From Octopus sinensis (Eukaryota), in NCBI RefSeq assembly GCF_006345805.1, contig NC_042997.1, positions 50,716,001 through 50,780,000 of the forward strand: DNA of 64,000 nucleotides. Reading direction: 5' to 3'. The position numbers and the translations under genes are program-made. Shown here piece by piece: positions 53,111 to 64,000 of the stretch. The notes under the pieces were generated by a model. That model had not been told where the DNA came from. It did no database searches and was given only the letters and a program-made list of their open reading frames with translations. The number at the start of each line of letters is the position of its first letter. Within the stretch, counting starts at the first letter, position 1.

Positions 53111-54460
53111 TTACCGTTGAAAGTAATCCGTCGATATCGACTTCCCTTTGCAGGGCACTAACATTTTCCCCGAACGTCTCTTTAAGTCTGTGAAAGTTCC
53201 CTTTTTTTTAATAAGTGCACATTTTACATGTGAGGGAATTCCCTCACTCTCCGAAGTATCGACTTTTGCCAAGGTATCCACATTTTCTATTTCCTTTCTC
53301 AACCCTTCATTCAAAGAAGTGTACATAAATATTCCGCACTTTTCTCGGGGTGGGGGCTGGGGAATTGGAGGTTCTTGTGTGTTTGCTTGTGTATCTGTAG
53401 GGACAGGGATGGATCGGTGTCTGGTGGAGAAGGGTGAGAGTTGGTCTCTGTAGGGAAAGGGTGGGGGTAGAGTGGAGCAGGGTTTGGGGATAGGGAGGGG
53501 GTTAACAACTGATTGTGCCATTCTTTTCCTCTTTCTCTTCCTTTTACTAACCGTCACCTACTCTTCCTTTGTTATTTCCTCCACTTGATTCTCTTTCCTT
53601 TCCTTCTCGCAAGGCTCCTCATCACTCACTCCCACAGCATTTGTCGTCGCAGGAGGAAAAAGGTGCGATTTCCTTTCCAATCCGTAGTACACTGGTACAT
53701 TTACGGGCGGCAGGAAGTATTCTGCTTTTATGTGGCCTTTCTGGCCACACTTGTAGCAACGGAAATTCCTGCCCTCCACCATAATCCTTAGTCTTACTTT
53801 GTCGCCCACCGTTATGGTGTCAACTATCCTCTCCAGGTCCTCTGGGGCAGCCTGGATGACCATCTCCAGGCTTTGCTCTTGCCAGTTCTGCAGTATTCTT
53901 GTCGCCTGGAGGACCACAATCTTCTCCTCCAATCATAACAGTATCGCCGCCACAAGCCAGGCAACGTAGACCCCCGGAAGGATTTCTTCCACCTTTACCC
54001 TGGAAGCACGTCTTCCAAGTTAAATTGGCAGAAGAACCATTTCGTCTGTCCTAAGGTATGTCACAGAATGTTGCCTGGCTTTCTCTTTCCACTGTTGCGT
54101 ACTTCATCCCTCTGGCAAGGTAAGTATCGTTCTGCCAGATAGGCTTTACCGCTTTTTCCACTTGTTACCTTGTTGCAACCTCAGCTCTCTGAGTTTCAAA
54201 TTGCACGTCCTCTACAAAATTGTCTTTACCATCGTTAACCTTGTAATCTCGCTTGGAGGAGTCACCTTAACTCCGTGCCCCTCTCTTCGTATTATCTCCT
54301 TGCATCTTTCCAGCTCCGTCCTCTCAAAACGTATTTCTTCCTTGGTACCTCCGGCCGCAAAATTCTTTTCTTCCATTTTCCAGTCCATGTTGTTGATACT
54401 TCTCAACAACTCCGACGATGACGATATCATATCTGACGAACTCATGCTCTCGTATTCCAT
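53111..54460 (-). pseudogene. non-LTR retrotransposon ORF1-like protein (L1/Tx1 type) with CCHC zinc knuckle, disrupted
   Basis: One mostly open minus-strand reading with stops: RLRIMVEGRNFRCYKCGQKGHIKAE(Y for C), a basic KRKRKRKR stretch and a Pro-rich region. No ORF2 follows. Confidence 0.65.
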
Positions 54461-54622
54461 GACAATAATTCAGCGCTTTCTCCTCAAACAAAGGGGGAAA
54501 CGTTAATAATACTGCTGCAAGGCAGCAAAAGAAGTTATTTTAACAACACAAAAAACAACAAATGTTCAACAATGAGTTGAACAGTATAGATACAAGTAAT
54601 ACATACAATAATAATACCAACG

Positions 54623-54817
54623 AAGGCGGCGAGCTGGCAGAAACGTTAGCACGCCGGGCGAAATGCTTAGCGGTATTTCGTCTGCCGCTACGTTCTGAGT
54701 TCAAATTCCGCCGATTCGGGGGCGATTAAATAAGTACCAGTTACGCACTGGGGTCGATATAATCGACTTAATCCGTTTGTCTGTCCTTGTTTGTCCCCTC
54801 TGTGTTTAGCCCCTTGT
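54623..54817 (+). mobile_element. SINE family B (young subfamily, with head)
   Basis: GAAGGCGGCGAGCTGGCAGAAACGTTAGCACGCCGGGCGAAATGCTTAGCGGTATTTCG...TTTAGCCCCTTG. Confidence 0.9.
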
Positions 54818-54975
54818 ATTTCGTCTTTTACGTTCTGAGTTCAAACTACGCCAAGGTCCGCTTTGCCTTTCATCATTTCAGGGTCGACACATTAAGTAAC
54901 AGTTGCGTACTGGGGTCGATCTAATCTACTGTCCCCTTTCACCAAAATTTAGGGCCTTGTGCCTAGAGCAGAAAA
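54818..54975 (+). mobile_element. headless SINE family B body (older subfamily)
   Basis: Restarts at TATTTCGTCTTTTACGTTCTGAG. Confidence 0.75.
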
Positions 54976-54980
54976 GTATA

Positions 54981-55026
<46 letters not shown>

Positions 55027-55820
55027 TGTGTGTGAAAAAAAAACGGGCGAGTCCACATAAAACTCATACATGCCATGTGACTGGTGGTTTTTAATTATTT
55101 AAACAAATATACAGCATTTGTTATATATTCATTAGGAGTTCAATACACGACACTTTTACATGATAATTGAGTGGAGATAGAAGTGAGGTTGGAGCGGTGA
55201 ACTGATAGATAGTTGAAGTGTATAAAAATGTTAAGAAACAATTGTACCCTCTTTCTCATAGCAATTGGTTCTTACATCGTAAGAAGCTTGTGACTCAGCA
55301 GTTACTGAGGAAGGTTATAATCGATTCAATAAATCCTAAGATAAACTATTACCGGTATTTATTTAATTGCCGGGGAAGGTGAAAGGTTAAGTTGACCCTG
55401 GCGGAATTTGAAGTCAGAAGGTTAAAGAAAACGATATTAAAATATTATTAAGGATTTAATCGATCGCTCTAGCGCTGCAGCCACTCTATCTTTTCTTTCT
55501 CTAAAAATAAGAAGTGAGAACAATTGATTTCTTTCATTTTAATATGAATATGGTAAAACAGAGCGAATATAAGGTGAATTAGTAATTACAACAAATAATG
55601 ATATCAATGGAAAAGAGTGATGGACAAGTTTGAAGCTAGCGTTTAGTAAAGATACCGGATATGGAGTAATTGAACATCTTTGGAAGCTTTCTATTGTATC
55701 AGCTGCATCCAATAGTGTTGAAAATTATAATTGGAATTTCCGGTCTCAGCATGAGGTCAGACATTTAGAAGTACTGCCAACGAAATCTTATAACGATCAT
55801 GCTTTCTTAGTAACATTAGT

Positions 55821-55945
55821 GGCGTGACGTGGCGTGACGTGACGCGACATGGCGTGACGTGACGCGACATGGCGTGACGTGGCGTGACGTGACGTGACAT
55901 GGCGTGACGTGGCGTGACATGACGCGACATGGCGTGACGTGACGT
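55821..55945. repeat. CpG-rich pentamer satellite, 25 units of GGCGT/GACGT/GACGC/GACAT
   Basis: Direct reading. Confidence 0.95.
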
Positions 55946-56660
55946 GGCCCAGCATGGGTAAATCAAATTCATTTCAGTTGAGTTTGCCATCATTAGTTTT
56001 ACATAGTATCTTTGACAAAAACCGCCAGAAATAATTGATCGACAATTACTTGGTACACCTAACTGTAAAATTATGATCATGGGTGATCTCAGTTCAATGG
56101 TGCATAAAGCGAAGATACCAAGTAATTAACACTTTAACAACAGCGTCGTGAAGTAAAGATTTGTCCACTTTGGTAATATTAGATATTGATTTCTAACTTA
56201 GGCACAAGCCAGACGATGCAATGATTCTATGAGCTTTAGTTCTTAAACGATAGGTAATTCACCAATCCTATTACGAGGAAACGCTTAGACGAGTGTAAAT
56301 GAATGTAACTCAACATCACGAAGCTCTGCTTATTCTGCTAATCTATCGCCCTCAATAATCGTCCCCTGCCTAACAGAGATTACTGAGGGCGATAGATTAG
56401 TACACATACACACATATACGCACATGCATACACACATACACATACATACACACATACACACACAGATACACACAAACACATGTTTTAAATCGTTTTGAAT
56501 ATGCAAATAAAGCTCTTATTCCATTATGCTGGCCACAGTCTAATGATGCTGTCTGGTGAACCCGTTTTCTGAGGTTGCTTCGAACCGCACCGATATAATG
56601 TAGGATAAACATAGTAATAATAACAATAGTACTTGGATGGAATTTATAAACATTCAATGC

Positions 56661-56794
56661 ATCGCTACGGGCGTTTCCGCAAATCACGTGTCTCTTAAGA
56701 TCACAGTCTGTATTCCTGAGATGATTACAGCGTAATCCGTAGTGTCTGTGGGCATTGGGTTGATCATCTTCATGGATTTATTTCTTCAGGCGAT
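56661..56794 (-). ncRNA. hammerhead motif with ~105-nt stem II domain
   Basis: Minus strand ATCGC-CTGAAGA-...AAATC..GATTTGCG-GAAA-CGCCCG-TA-GCGAT; 5-bp stem I; the base of stem II is mismatched. Confidence 0.65.
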
Positions 56795-57322
56795 ATAACA
56801 TTAGTAGATGTTTAATAACGGAATGTTTATCCGTTTCGACCAGTGCGAAAGTTGACTGAGTTATGTGTCGGTATTCCTGTGTGTATTTGATGGTAAGGAG
56901 GGGAAGGTGATGGAAAGATAGGAATGAGCAGTAGCTATATGGAGATGGAGGTGTATGTGGTGATGTTGGACTTATTTTGCTATTCAGTTTGCAGATGTTA
57001 AAAATGGGTAGCACATTCCTTTGTTCGATCTGTACTAGCTGACCTGTTTACTTGAGAATTCATTGAAGACAGTCATGCCTCAAATGACACCAAACAAAAG
57101 AATGTGCCACCCACCCGTGACATCTGCAGACTGAACAGCAAAATAAGTTCAACATAACCACATACACCTCCCTCCCCCATATAACAACCATTCCTGCCTT
57201 TCTGTCCGCCACCTTCCCCTCCTTCCTACCAAAGACATGCAGAAATACCCACATAACTAAATCAACCTTCGCACTGGTGGAAAGGGATAAACATTCCACT
57301 GTTAAACATCCATTAATGTTAT

Positions 57323-57456
57323 ATCGCCTGAAGAAAGGAATCCATGAAGATGATCAACCCAATACCCACGGGCACAATGGACCACACTTTAATCATCCCA
57401 GGAATACAGGGTGTGATCTTAAGAGAAACGTGATTTGTGGAAACATGTGCAGTGGT
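57323..57456 (+). ncRNA. degenerate hammerhead motif (partner arm)
   Basis: ATCGC-CTGAAGA..GATTTGTG-GAAA-CATGTG-CA-GTGGT; the conserved U of the cleavage triplet is lost. Confidence 0.5.
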
Positions 57457-57526
57457 GCATTAATATATTTATATATTCAATCCGAAGATTATTGTCCTTA
57501 TTACTATGTATGTATGTATGTATGTA

Positions 57527-57562
<36 letters not shown>

Positions 57563-57609
57563 ATATATATATTATATATATTATATATTAGAGAGATATA
57601 TATATAGAT

Positions 57610-57659
<50 letters not shown>

Positions 57660-57705
57660 TAAATGAAATAATGGAGTCGAACGACGATTTAACAAAATTC
57701 CTTTA

Positions 57706-57788
57706 TTCTCGACACATGTTTCGAAGACTGCATATTCTTAATTCCGAAGGAATAAAGGGTGCATTATCCCGTCTTCTCATCAGGAAAG
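57706..57788 (-). ncRNA. type I hammerhead motif (family H-A), intact core
   Basis: Mirror image of 57966-58048. Confidence 0.83.
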
Positions 57789-57965
57789 GCAAGGAACTTA
57801 TGTCGGCATCAAGATGAACAAAAACTTTTAGATGACTGCCCACACGGAGTCCATAGTAATAATTATTATATATATATATTTAACCTAATAATTATTACTA
57901 TGGACTCCGTGTGGGCAGTCATCTGAAAGTTTTTGTTCGTCATGATGCTGACATAAGTTCCTTGC

Positions 57966-58048
57966 CTTTCCTGATGAGAAGACGGCATAATGCACCCTTT
58001 ATTCCTTCGGAATTAAGAATATGCAGTCTTCGAAACATGTGTCGAGAA
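57966..58048 (+). ncRNA. type I hammerhead motif (family H-A), intact core
   Basis: CTTTC-CTGATGA-GAAGAC..GTCTTC-GAAA-CATGTG-TC-GAGAA; predicted cut after 58043. Confidence 0.85.
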
Positions 58049-58245
58049 TAAAGGAATTTTGTTAAATCGTCGTTCGACTCCATTCTTTCATTTATCTATA
58101 GTAGAAAAATACACAAATTTCCACACGAAAGCACGTGATTTCTGCCCTGGGCATGTAGCTTCAACCCTGCTTTCTGACGTAAATTTGCTACCCGGGTATC
58201 GGTTAACCGAATTATCCATACTAGGATAATTCATTCAACTACTTA

Positions 58246-58283
<38 letters not shown>

Positions 58284-58440
58284 TATAGTTTTTCTGGAAA
58301 ATTTTCGAAATGAATAGCCGGCATTTTATTCATTGCCAACAAGGAGTTGCGCTTGCGCGGTAGATTTGGAAAATTATAATGTATAAAGCACGGGGCATAT
58401 ACTGGATTGCCTCGTGTATATATATTTAACCTAAGGTATA

Positions 58441-58510
58441 CCTGCTGAAGAAGAATTCGCTTAGCAAATAATTTTATTTGCTAAAAAAAGTCTGAAACAA
58501 TTGGTCCAGG
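58441..58510 (+). ncRNA. type I hammerhead motif (family H-B)
   Basis: CCTG-CTGAAGA-AGA..(TTAGCAAATA/TATTTGCTAA 10-bp hairpin)..TCT-GAAA-CAATTGG-TC-CAGG. Confidence 0.75.
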
Positions 58511-58785
58511 AATTAGATGGTAAATGTTTTTATTTTTCATTCCCTTCGAAATTTTATTCTGAATAGTGGTTTAGAATTTAACTGTCCTTTCTATGATGGA
58601 TGCTTCTTGTGTATTTAAATGTACACTGTATTCGTATGAATAATATATAGTCTATTGACTAAACTTTTACACGCTAGGCCATTGGTAATGGAAATTTCAA
58701 ATATTTTTAATTACCCTTTGATATTATATATATATACATATACATATATACATGCATACATACATACATACATACATACATACAT

Positions 58786-58965
<180 letters not shown>

Positions 58966-58977
58966 TTATATATATAT

Positions 58978-59456
58978 AATGTAGGATAAAATTTTTTTCG
59001 AAAAAAATTATTTTCCAAAAAAAATTTTATCAATGGCCAGCATATTAAAAAATACCTTTAAAGGTTAAATTTATAAACAATGTGCTCATGACTTAGTGTT
59101 TGCTTCTTCCATAGGTATGAGTGAGTATCTCATTTATTTCTTTTGCCACATGTATCACTGATGAAGGGAGGGCTGTTATAAGCTAACCCTGAAATCGGTC
59201 CGATATGGTAATAATGGAATTTTTTAGAAATTTCTGTCGACCTTTTTTCGAGTAGCGTTCGGATTGTGAAAAAATTAATGGTTAATGGACAATATGTCCA
59301 ATTTTTCGGCGTATTTGGGATTAGAAATTTTTTCCATTGCCCTCATTTATGAATTGTTTATAAATTTAACCGTTAAAGGTATTTTTTAATATGCTGGCCA
59401 TTGATAAAAATTTTTGGAGAAAATATTTTTTTCGAAGAGAATTTTATCCTCACATT
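58978..59456 (+). mobile_element. ~480-bp MITE-shaped element with ~104-bp terminal inverted repeats and an internal HHR
   Basis: 58978-59081 is the reverse complement of 59353-59456; a third partial arm lies at 59471-59527; flanked by (TA)n. Confidence 0.8.
59153..59210 (+). ncRNA. type I hammerhead motif, intact core
   Basis: TATCA-CTGATGA-AGGG..CCCT-GAAA-TCGGTCCGA-TA-TGGTA; predicted cut after 59205. Confidence 0.85.
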
Positions 59457-59521
59457 GATATATATATATCAAAAAAATTTTATCAATGGCCAGCATATTA
59501 AAAAATACCTTTAACGGTTAA

Positions 59522-59576
<55 letters not shown>

Positions 59577-59577
59577 T

Positions 59578-59613
<36 letters not shown>

Positions 59614-60285
59614 ATAAATAGAACATATGCATATATATAAACATATATGTACGTACCTACCTCTACATGTACATATACACGCATATATGTGTACAGGACA
59701 CCAAAAGACGTCGAACACATAGAGAGACGAAACACATAGACACAAACCAAGGAACAAGACAAGCAAAAAAGAGAGAGATACAGGACAATAAACACAACGA
59801 AAAAACCCCTTCTTCAGTCGCTAAGATTTCATCTACTAAACGTTTCGAAGGATAAAAGCGAGACGTATACTTCGAAGAAAATTCCTTCCCGCGAAAAGCA
59901 AATCAATTAAAATTCTGAGATCTTTTCGCAGAGGGGTAAAAAAAAGGCAAGACGGTAACGACAGTACAAACATATAAACAGTAAAAGATATATATATAAA
60001 CAGTGGAAAAATAAATATATAACAGTGACAGGACAAGGAGAACAAGATAAGAAGGGCTGTTAACGCCAGACGAAAAAAGTATTGCAAACGCTGGATTATC
60101 GTGGACGACGAGAGAGAGCAAATGTAGTCGACCAGTAGCCTTACGAGGCGGGCGAGAAAAGACAGGATAGCAGTTACGACGGAAGTATCGTCGCAGATGG
60201 ACGACGGGAATGGGGGAGGAGGAGCAAGAGGAAGAGAGAGAAGAAGGGGAATGGTGCGAGGAGACCATGAAGAATAGTATATATA

Positions 60286-60324
<39 letters not shown>

Positions 60325-60326
<2 letters not shown>

Positions 60327-60649
60327 AGGCGCGTGGCTTAGTGGTTAGGGCATTCGACTCACGATTATAAAGTCCTGAGTTCAATTCCCGGCGATGCATT
60401 GTGTCCTTGAACAAGACACCTTATTTTACGTTGCTCCACTCAACTCACCTGGCAAAAATGAATAGTACCTGTATTTCAAAGAGCCAGCCTTGTCACACTC
60501 TGTGTCACGCTGAATCTCCCTGAGAACTACGTTAGGGGTCACGTGTGTGTAGATGGCACAGCCACTTGCACGTTAATTTCGCGTGCAAGCTGTTCCGTTG
60601 ATCGGATCAGCGGGGATCCTGGTCGTCGTAACCGATGGAGTGCTCCTTC
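60325..60649 (+). mobile_element. tRNA-derived SINE, family D
   Basis: GAAGGCGCGTGGCTTAGTGGTTAGGGCATTCGACTC...GAGTTCAATTCCCGG head, followed by GTGTCCTTGAACAAGACAC and a non-tRNA body. Confidence 0.85.
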
Positions 60650-60702
60650 ATATATATATATATATATATATATAGATATATATATATATACGATACATAG
60701 AT

Positions 60703-60733
<31 letters not shown>

Positions 60734-60780
60734 CGATACATAGATACAAATATATATATATATATATATACGATACATAA

Positions 60781-60818
<38 letters not shown>

Positions 60819-61508
60819 GAATACATATATATATACACGAATACATACGTGAACGTGTATATATACTAATATACACATATTTATATATACAAATATACGC
60901 ATACATATATATACATGGGTGCTTGCGCGTGCGCATGTGTGTGAAACGTAAAGTAAGAGGAGACAGGAAAGAGTGAAAGAGGAAAGATATTTTTAGACGA
61001 AAGAATTGCAAGAAGCGAGTTGGCGTAGAGAAACAGTTCAATATAAATAGTTCAAAAGAAAGGATTGGTTGCATAGTGGATGAAAGCTAAAGCAGGAGAT
61101 ACCAAAATACTTATATCGAAGGTGGTGAGTTGGATGATAAAGATGTATTTTTAAAGATGTTCGGAGCTGTGAAGGCGGTTAGTAACACTGTAAGTAGTAA
61201 GTGAGAGCAGAATAGACTGAAGAATTTAAAGCCGGAGAAACAAATGTGAGAGAATCCCTCATCGAATGGGATTGAACTACACCGATCTGTACGCTTTCAA
61301 ATATGTAAATAGTACCTTGAAAAGTACTGAGAAGGTACCTTGTTTTAAGGGTATCATGAAACACCTGGTTGGAGGCCCAATCTTCCGAGTTCTTTTACAG
61401 GGCTTAGAAAAACTGAAGGACTGCTGCGAATAAGAAGTGTGTGAATCTGAGAGGGAAATATGTTGAATAAAATCATAACTGATCCCAAAGCAAAGAAGTT
61501 TCCAGCAT

Positions 61509-61917
61509 AGGCGCAGGAGTGGCTGTGTGGTAAGTAGCTTGCTAACCAACCACATGGTTCCAGGTTCAGTCCCACTGCGTGGCATCTTGGGCAAGTGTCT
61601 TCTGCTATAGCCTCGGGCCAACCAAAGCCTTGTGAGTGGATTTGGTAGACGGAAACTGAAAGAAGCCTGTCGTATATATGTATATATATATATGTGTGTA
61701 TGTATGTGTTTGTGTGTCTGTGTTTGTCTCCCTAGCATTGCTTGACAACCGATGCTGGTGTGTTTAAGTCCCCGTCACCTGGCGGTTCGGCAAAAGAGAC
61801 CAATAGAATAAGTACTGGGCTTACAAAGAATAAGTCCCGGGGTCGATTTGCTCGACTAAAGGCGGTGCTCCAGCATGGCCGCAGTCAAATGACTGAAACA
61901 AGTAAAAGAGTAAAGAG
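61509..61917 (+). mobile_element. tRNA-derived SINE, family A (full length, young)
   Basis: Complete head, internal microsatellite and AAAAGAGT tail. Confidence 0.92.
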
Positions 61918-62144
61918 TTAAGAAAGACCCCGTACATAAATAAATACATAGACGCACACACACACACACACACACATGCAGGATGAGCGAAAACTCACGC
62001 ACAAAATAGGTTCAATACGCTCCGGAATTGTCAAAGACATGCTCCAATTCTTTCTAAAATTGAATAAAATAAATAATATATTGATGAATACACACGTCCT
62101 TGTACATGATGAGCAAAATCAATAACAACAACAATGATGATGAC

Positions 62145-62216
62145 GATGATGATGATGATGATGATGATGATGACGATGATGACGATGATGACGATGATGA
62201 CGATGATGATGATGAC

Positions 62217-62262
<46 letters not shown>

Positions 62263-62312
62263 ATGATGACGATGATGATGATGATGACGATGATGATGAT
62301 GATGATGACGAC

Positions 62313-62344
<32 letters not shown>
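62145..62344. repeat. (GAT/GAC)n microsatellite
   Basis: Direct reading; source of the poly-D/M/I ORFs. Confidence 0.95.
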
Positions 62345-62347
<3 letters not shown>

Positions 62348-62520
62348 CTTTATTAACCACAAGGGTTTGCATTAACAAAAACATTACGGACAGCACAGGG
62401 CGAAACAAAGAATGTGTGTGTGCGTGTGTGTGCGTGTGTGTGAGTGTGTGTGCGTGTGTGTGAGTGTGTGTTAATGTGAGGGTTCCTATAATATTAACAT
62501 AATATAAATAAAAACGTGAA

Positions 62521-62552
62521 GTGCTTTGGTTCGTGACTTTTGGCCCACCCTG
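62521..62552 (-). mobile_element. solo Tc1/mariner-like terminus (TA|CAGGGTGGGCCAAAAGTCAC)
   Basis: TIR-like start next to a TA; no partner end seen. Confidence 0.35.
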
Positions 62553-62665
62553 TATATACGTATGAGCATACACGTGTATGTGTGTGAATAAACGTGTATC
62601 TATGCATGTATTCAGAAATATTAAATTTCTAAATCTCTCATAGAGATATGCACGGTGGTGGGGCG

Positions 62666-62887
62666 ATAGAATGGTTGTATATTGTCAATCTAACGTGAAC
62701 GTGACAGTAGGGGGTTACACCACCGCTGTTTAGCCCTAGGAAGCATCGACGCATCCTGATGGCTTCGACACAAAAAAAAATGTGTCGAAGCCATCAGGAA
62801 GCGTCGATGCTTCCTAGGGCTAAACAGCGGTGGTGTAACCCCCTACTGTCACGTTCACGTTAGATTGACAGTATACAACCATTCTAT
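62666..62887. repeat. 222-bp palindrome: 107-bp arms, 2 mismatches, A8 loop
   Basis: 62666-62772 pairs with 62781-62887. Confidence 0.95.
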
Positions 62888-63291
62888 GCATGTATTGATA
62901 TACACATATATACACACATGCGTATATAAATACATGAGTGTGTGTGTATGTATATCTTAGAGAGAGAGAAAGGAGGAAGAGAGAGAGAGGGAAGAGATAG
63001 AGGGGGAGAGAGGGAAAGAGAGAGTGTGATAGAGAAGGCGAAGTAGGAAGAGAAGATGAGACATTGACCGTATCATCAATGACAAATCTTTGGAGGAAGG
63101 TGAAGAAATAAGAGGTTAACAAAGGACATTCGTTTGACAGACTTCAACAGAAAAGAGGTGGGATAAGACATAAATACATGCATACATATATGTATATATA
63201 TGTGTGTGTGTATGTGCGTGTGTGTGTGTATGTGTGTGTATATATATACTTATATATATATACATATGTGTGAGTGTATATATATCTCTTT

Positions 63292-63472
63292 TTTCATTTG
63301 GCTGCGGCCATGCTGGAGCACCACCTTTAGTCGAGCAAATCGAGCCCAGGACTTCTTCTTTGTAAGCCTAGTACTTATTCTATCGGTCTCTTTTGCCGAA
63401 CCGCTAAGTTACAGGAGCGTAAACACACCAGCATCGGTTGTCAAGCGATGTTGGAGGGTGGGACAAACACAG

Positions 63473-63511
<39 letters not shown>

Positions 63512-63649
63512 TATATACGACGGGCTTCTTTTCAGTTTCCGTCAACCAAATACACTCACGAGGCTTTGGTCGGCTCGAGGCTATAGTAGAAAACACTTGC
63601 CCAAGGTGCCATGTAGTGGGACTGAACCCGGAAAGCCACTCCTGCGCCT
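63292..63649 (-). mobile_element. SINE family A with a ~33-bp deletion in the tRNA head
   Basis: ...GAACCCGGAA^AGCCACTCCTGCGCCT lacks the middle of the head. Confidence 0.88.
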
Positions 63650-63708
63650 ATGCATAAATACATCCACACGCACACATACACGCACACAAACATATATAGA
63701 TGCATACA

Positions 63709-63740
<32 letters not shown>

Positions 63741-63960
63741 CAGACGGATGTATATGAATATAGATTGAGAAAGTTTAACTTATATATGCATGCATACACA
63801 TGAATATTATGCATACATATGCGTTGCATGCATCCATATGCAAGCATATATTTATGCATATATATACATGCATATGTGTATATATACTGCATACACGCAC
63901 ACACAGAGACATAGTTAGGAAAGGCATAGAGGGACGAGATTGAAGGAAAATTGAAATAGA

Positions 63961-63998
<38 letters not shown>

Positions 63999-64000
63999 TG

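Larger units (their letters stand above)
56640..57480. repeat. diverged inverted repeat (~360-bp arms, ~120-bp spacer), each arm carrying an HHR motif
   Basis: 56640-57000 is a diverged reverse complement of ~57119-57480. Confidence 0.85.
57657..58098. repeat. near-perfect palindrome (~210-bp arms) centred on a short (TA)n; homologous to 11445-11640
   Basis: Arms read as reverse complements with only a handful of mismatches. Confidence 0.95.

Noticed and set aside
59838-59900. Minus-strand GAAGG..CCTTC-GAAACG hairpin resembling an HHR 3' half
   Set aside because: The CUGANGA core is absent at the required position.

Overview
This window is AT-rich, microsatellite-dense eukaryotic DNA made almost entirely of repeats. 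The SINE families suggest an Octopus genome (inference from recognition; no search run). No host protein-coding gene could be identified with confidence. Recognisable elements: two copies of one DD34D mariner (6285-7578, 37309-38585); a CR1-type LINE (48945-52020) lying tail-to-tail with a second copy cut by a 100-N gap (52420-52519); an R4/Dong-like RLE LINE with a 5' inversion; an L1/Tx1-like CCHC ORF1 remnant; two non-autonomous Helitron-like elements; at least five tRNA-derived SINE families; and 3-4 Penelope-like elements (PLEs; RT plus GIY-YIG). The most striking signal is not in the ORF track. Reading by eye found 16 type I hammerhead ribozyme (HHR) motifs (CUGANGA...GAAA, short palindromic stem III, UH cleavage site) in about 8 sequence families. 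They occur as (i) a ~545-nt tandem array with one HHR per unit (27663-29069), which looks like a retrozyme or circRNA template, and (ii) repeated inverted pairs or fold-backs anchored in (TA)n tracts (11.4-12.0, 43.0/48.8, 56.6-57.5, 57.7-58.1, 59.0-59.5 kb). All pairings were read manually; no folding or database search was performed.
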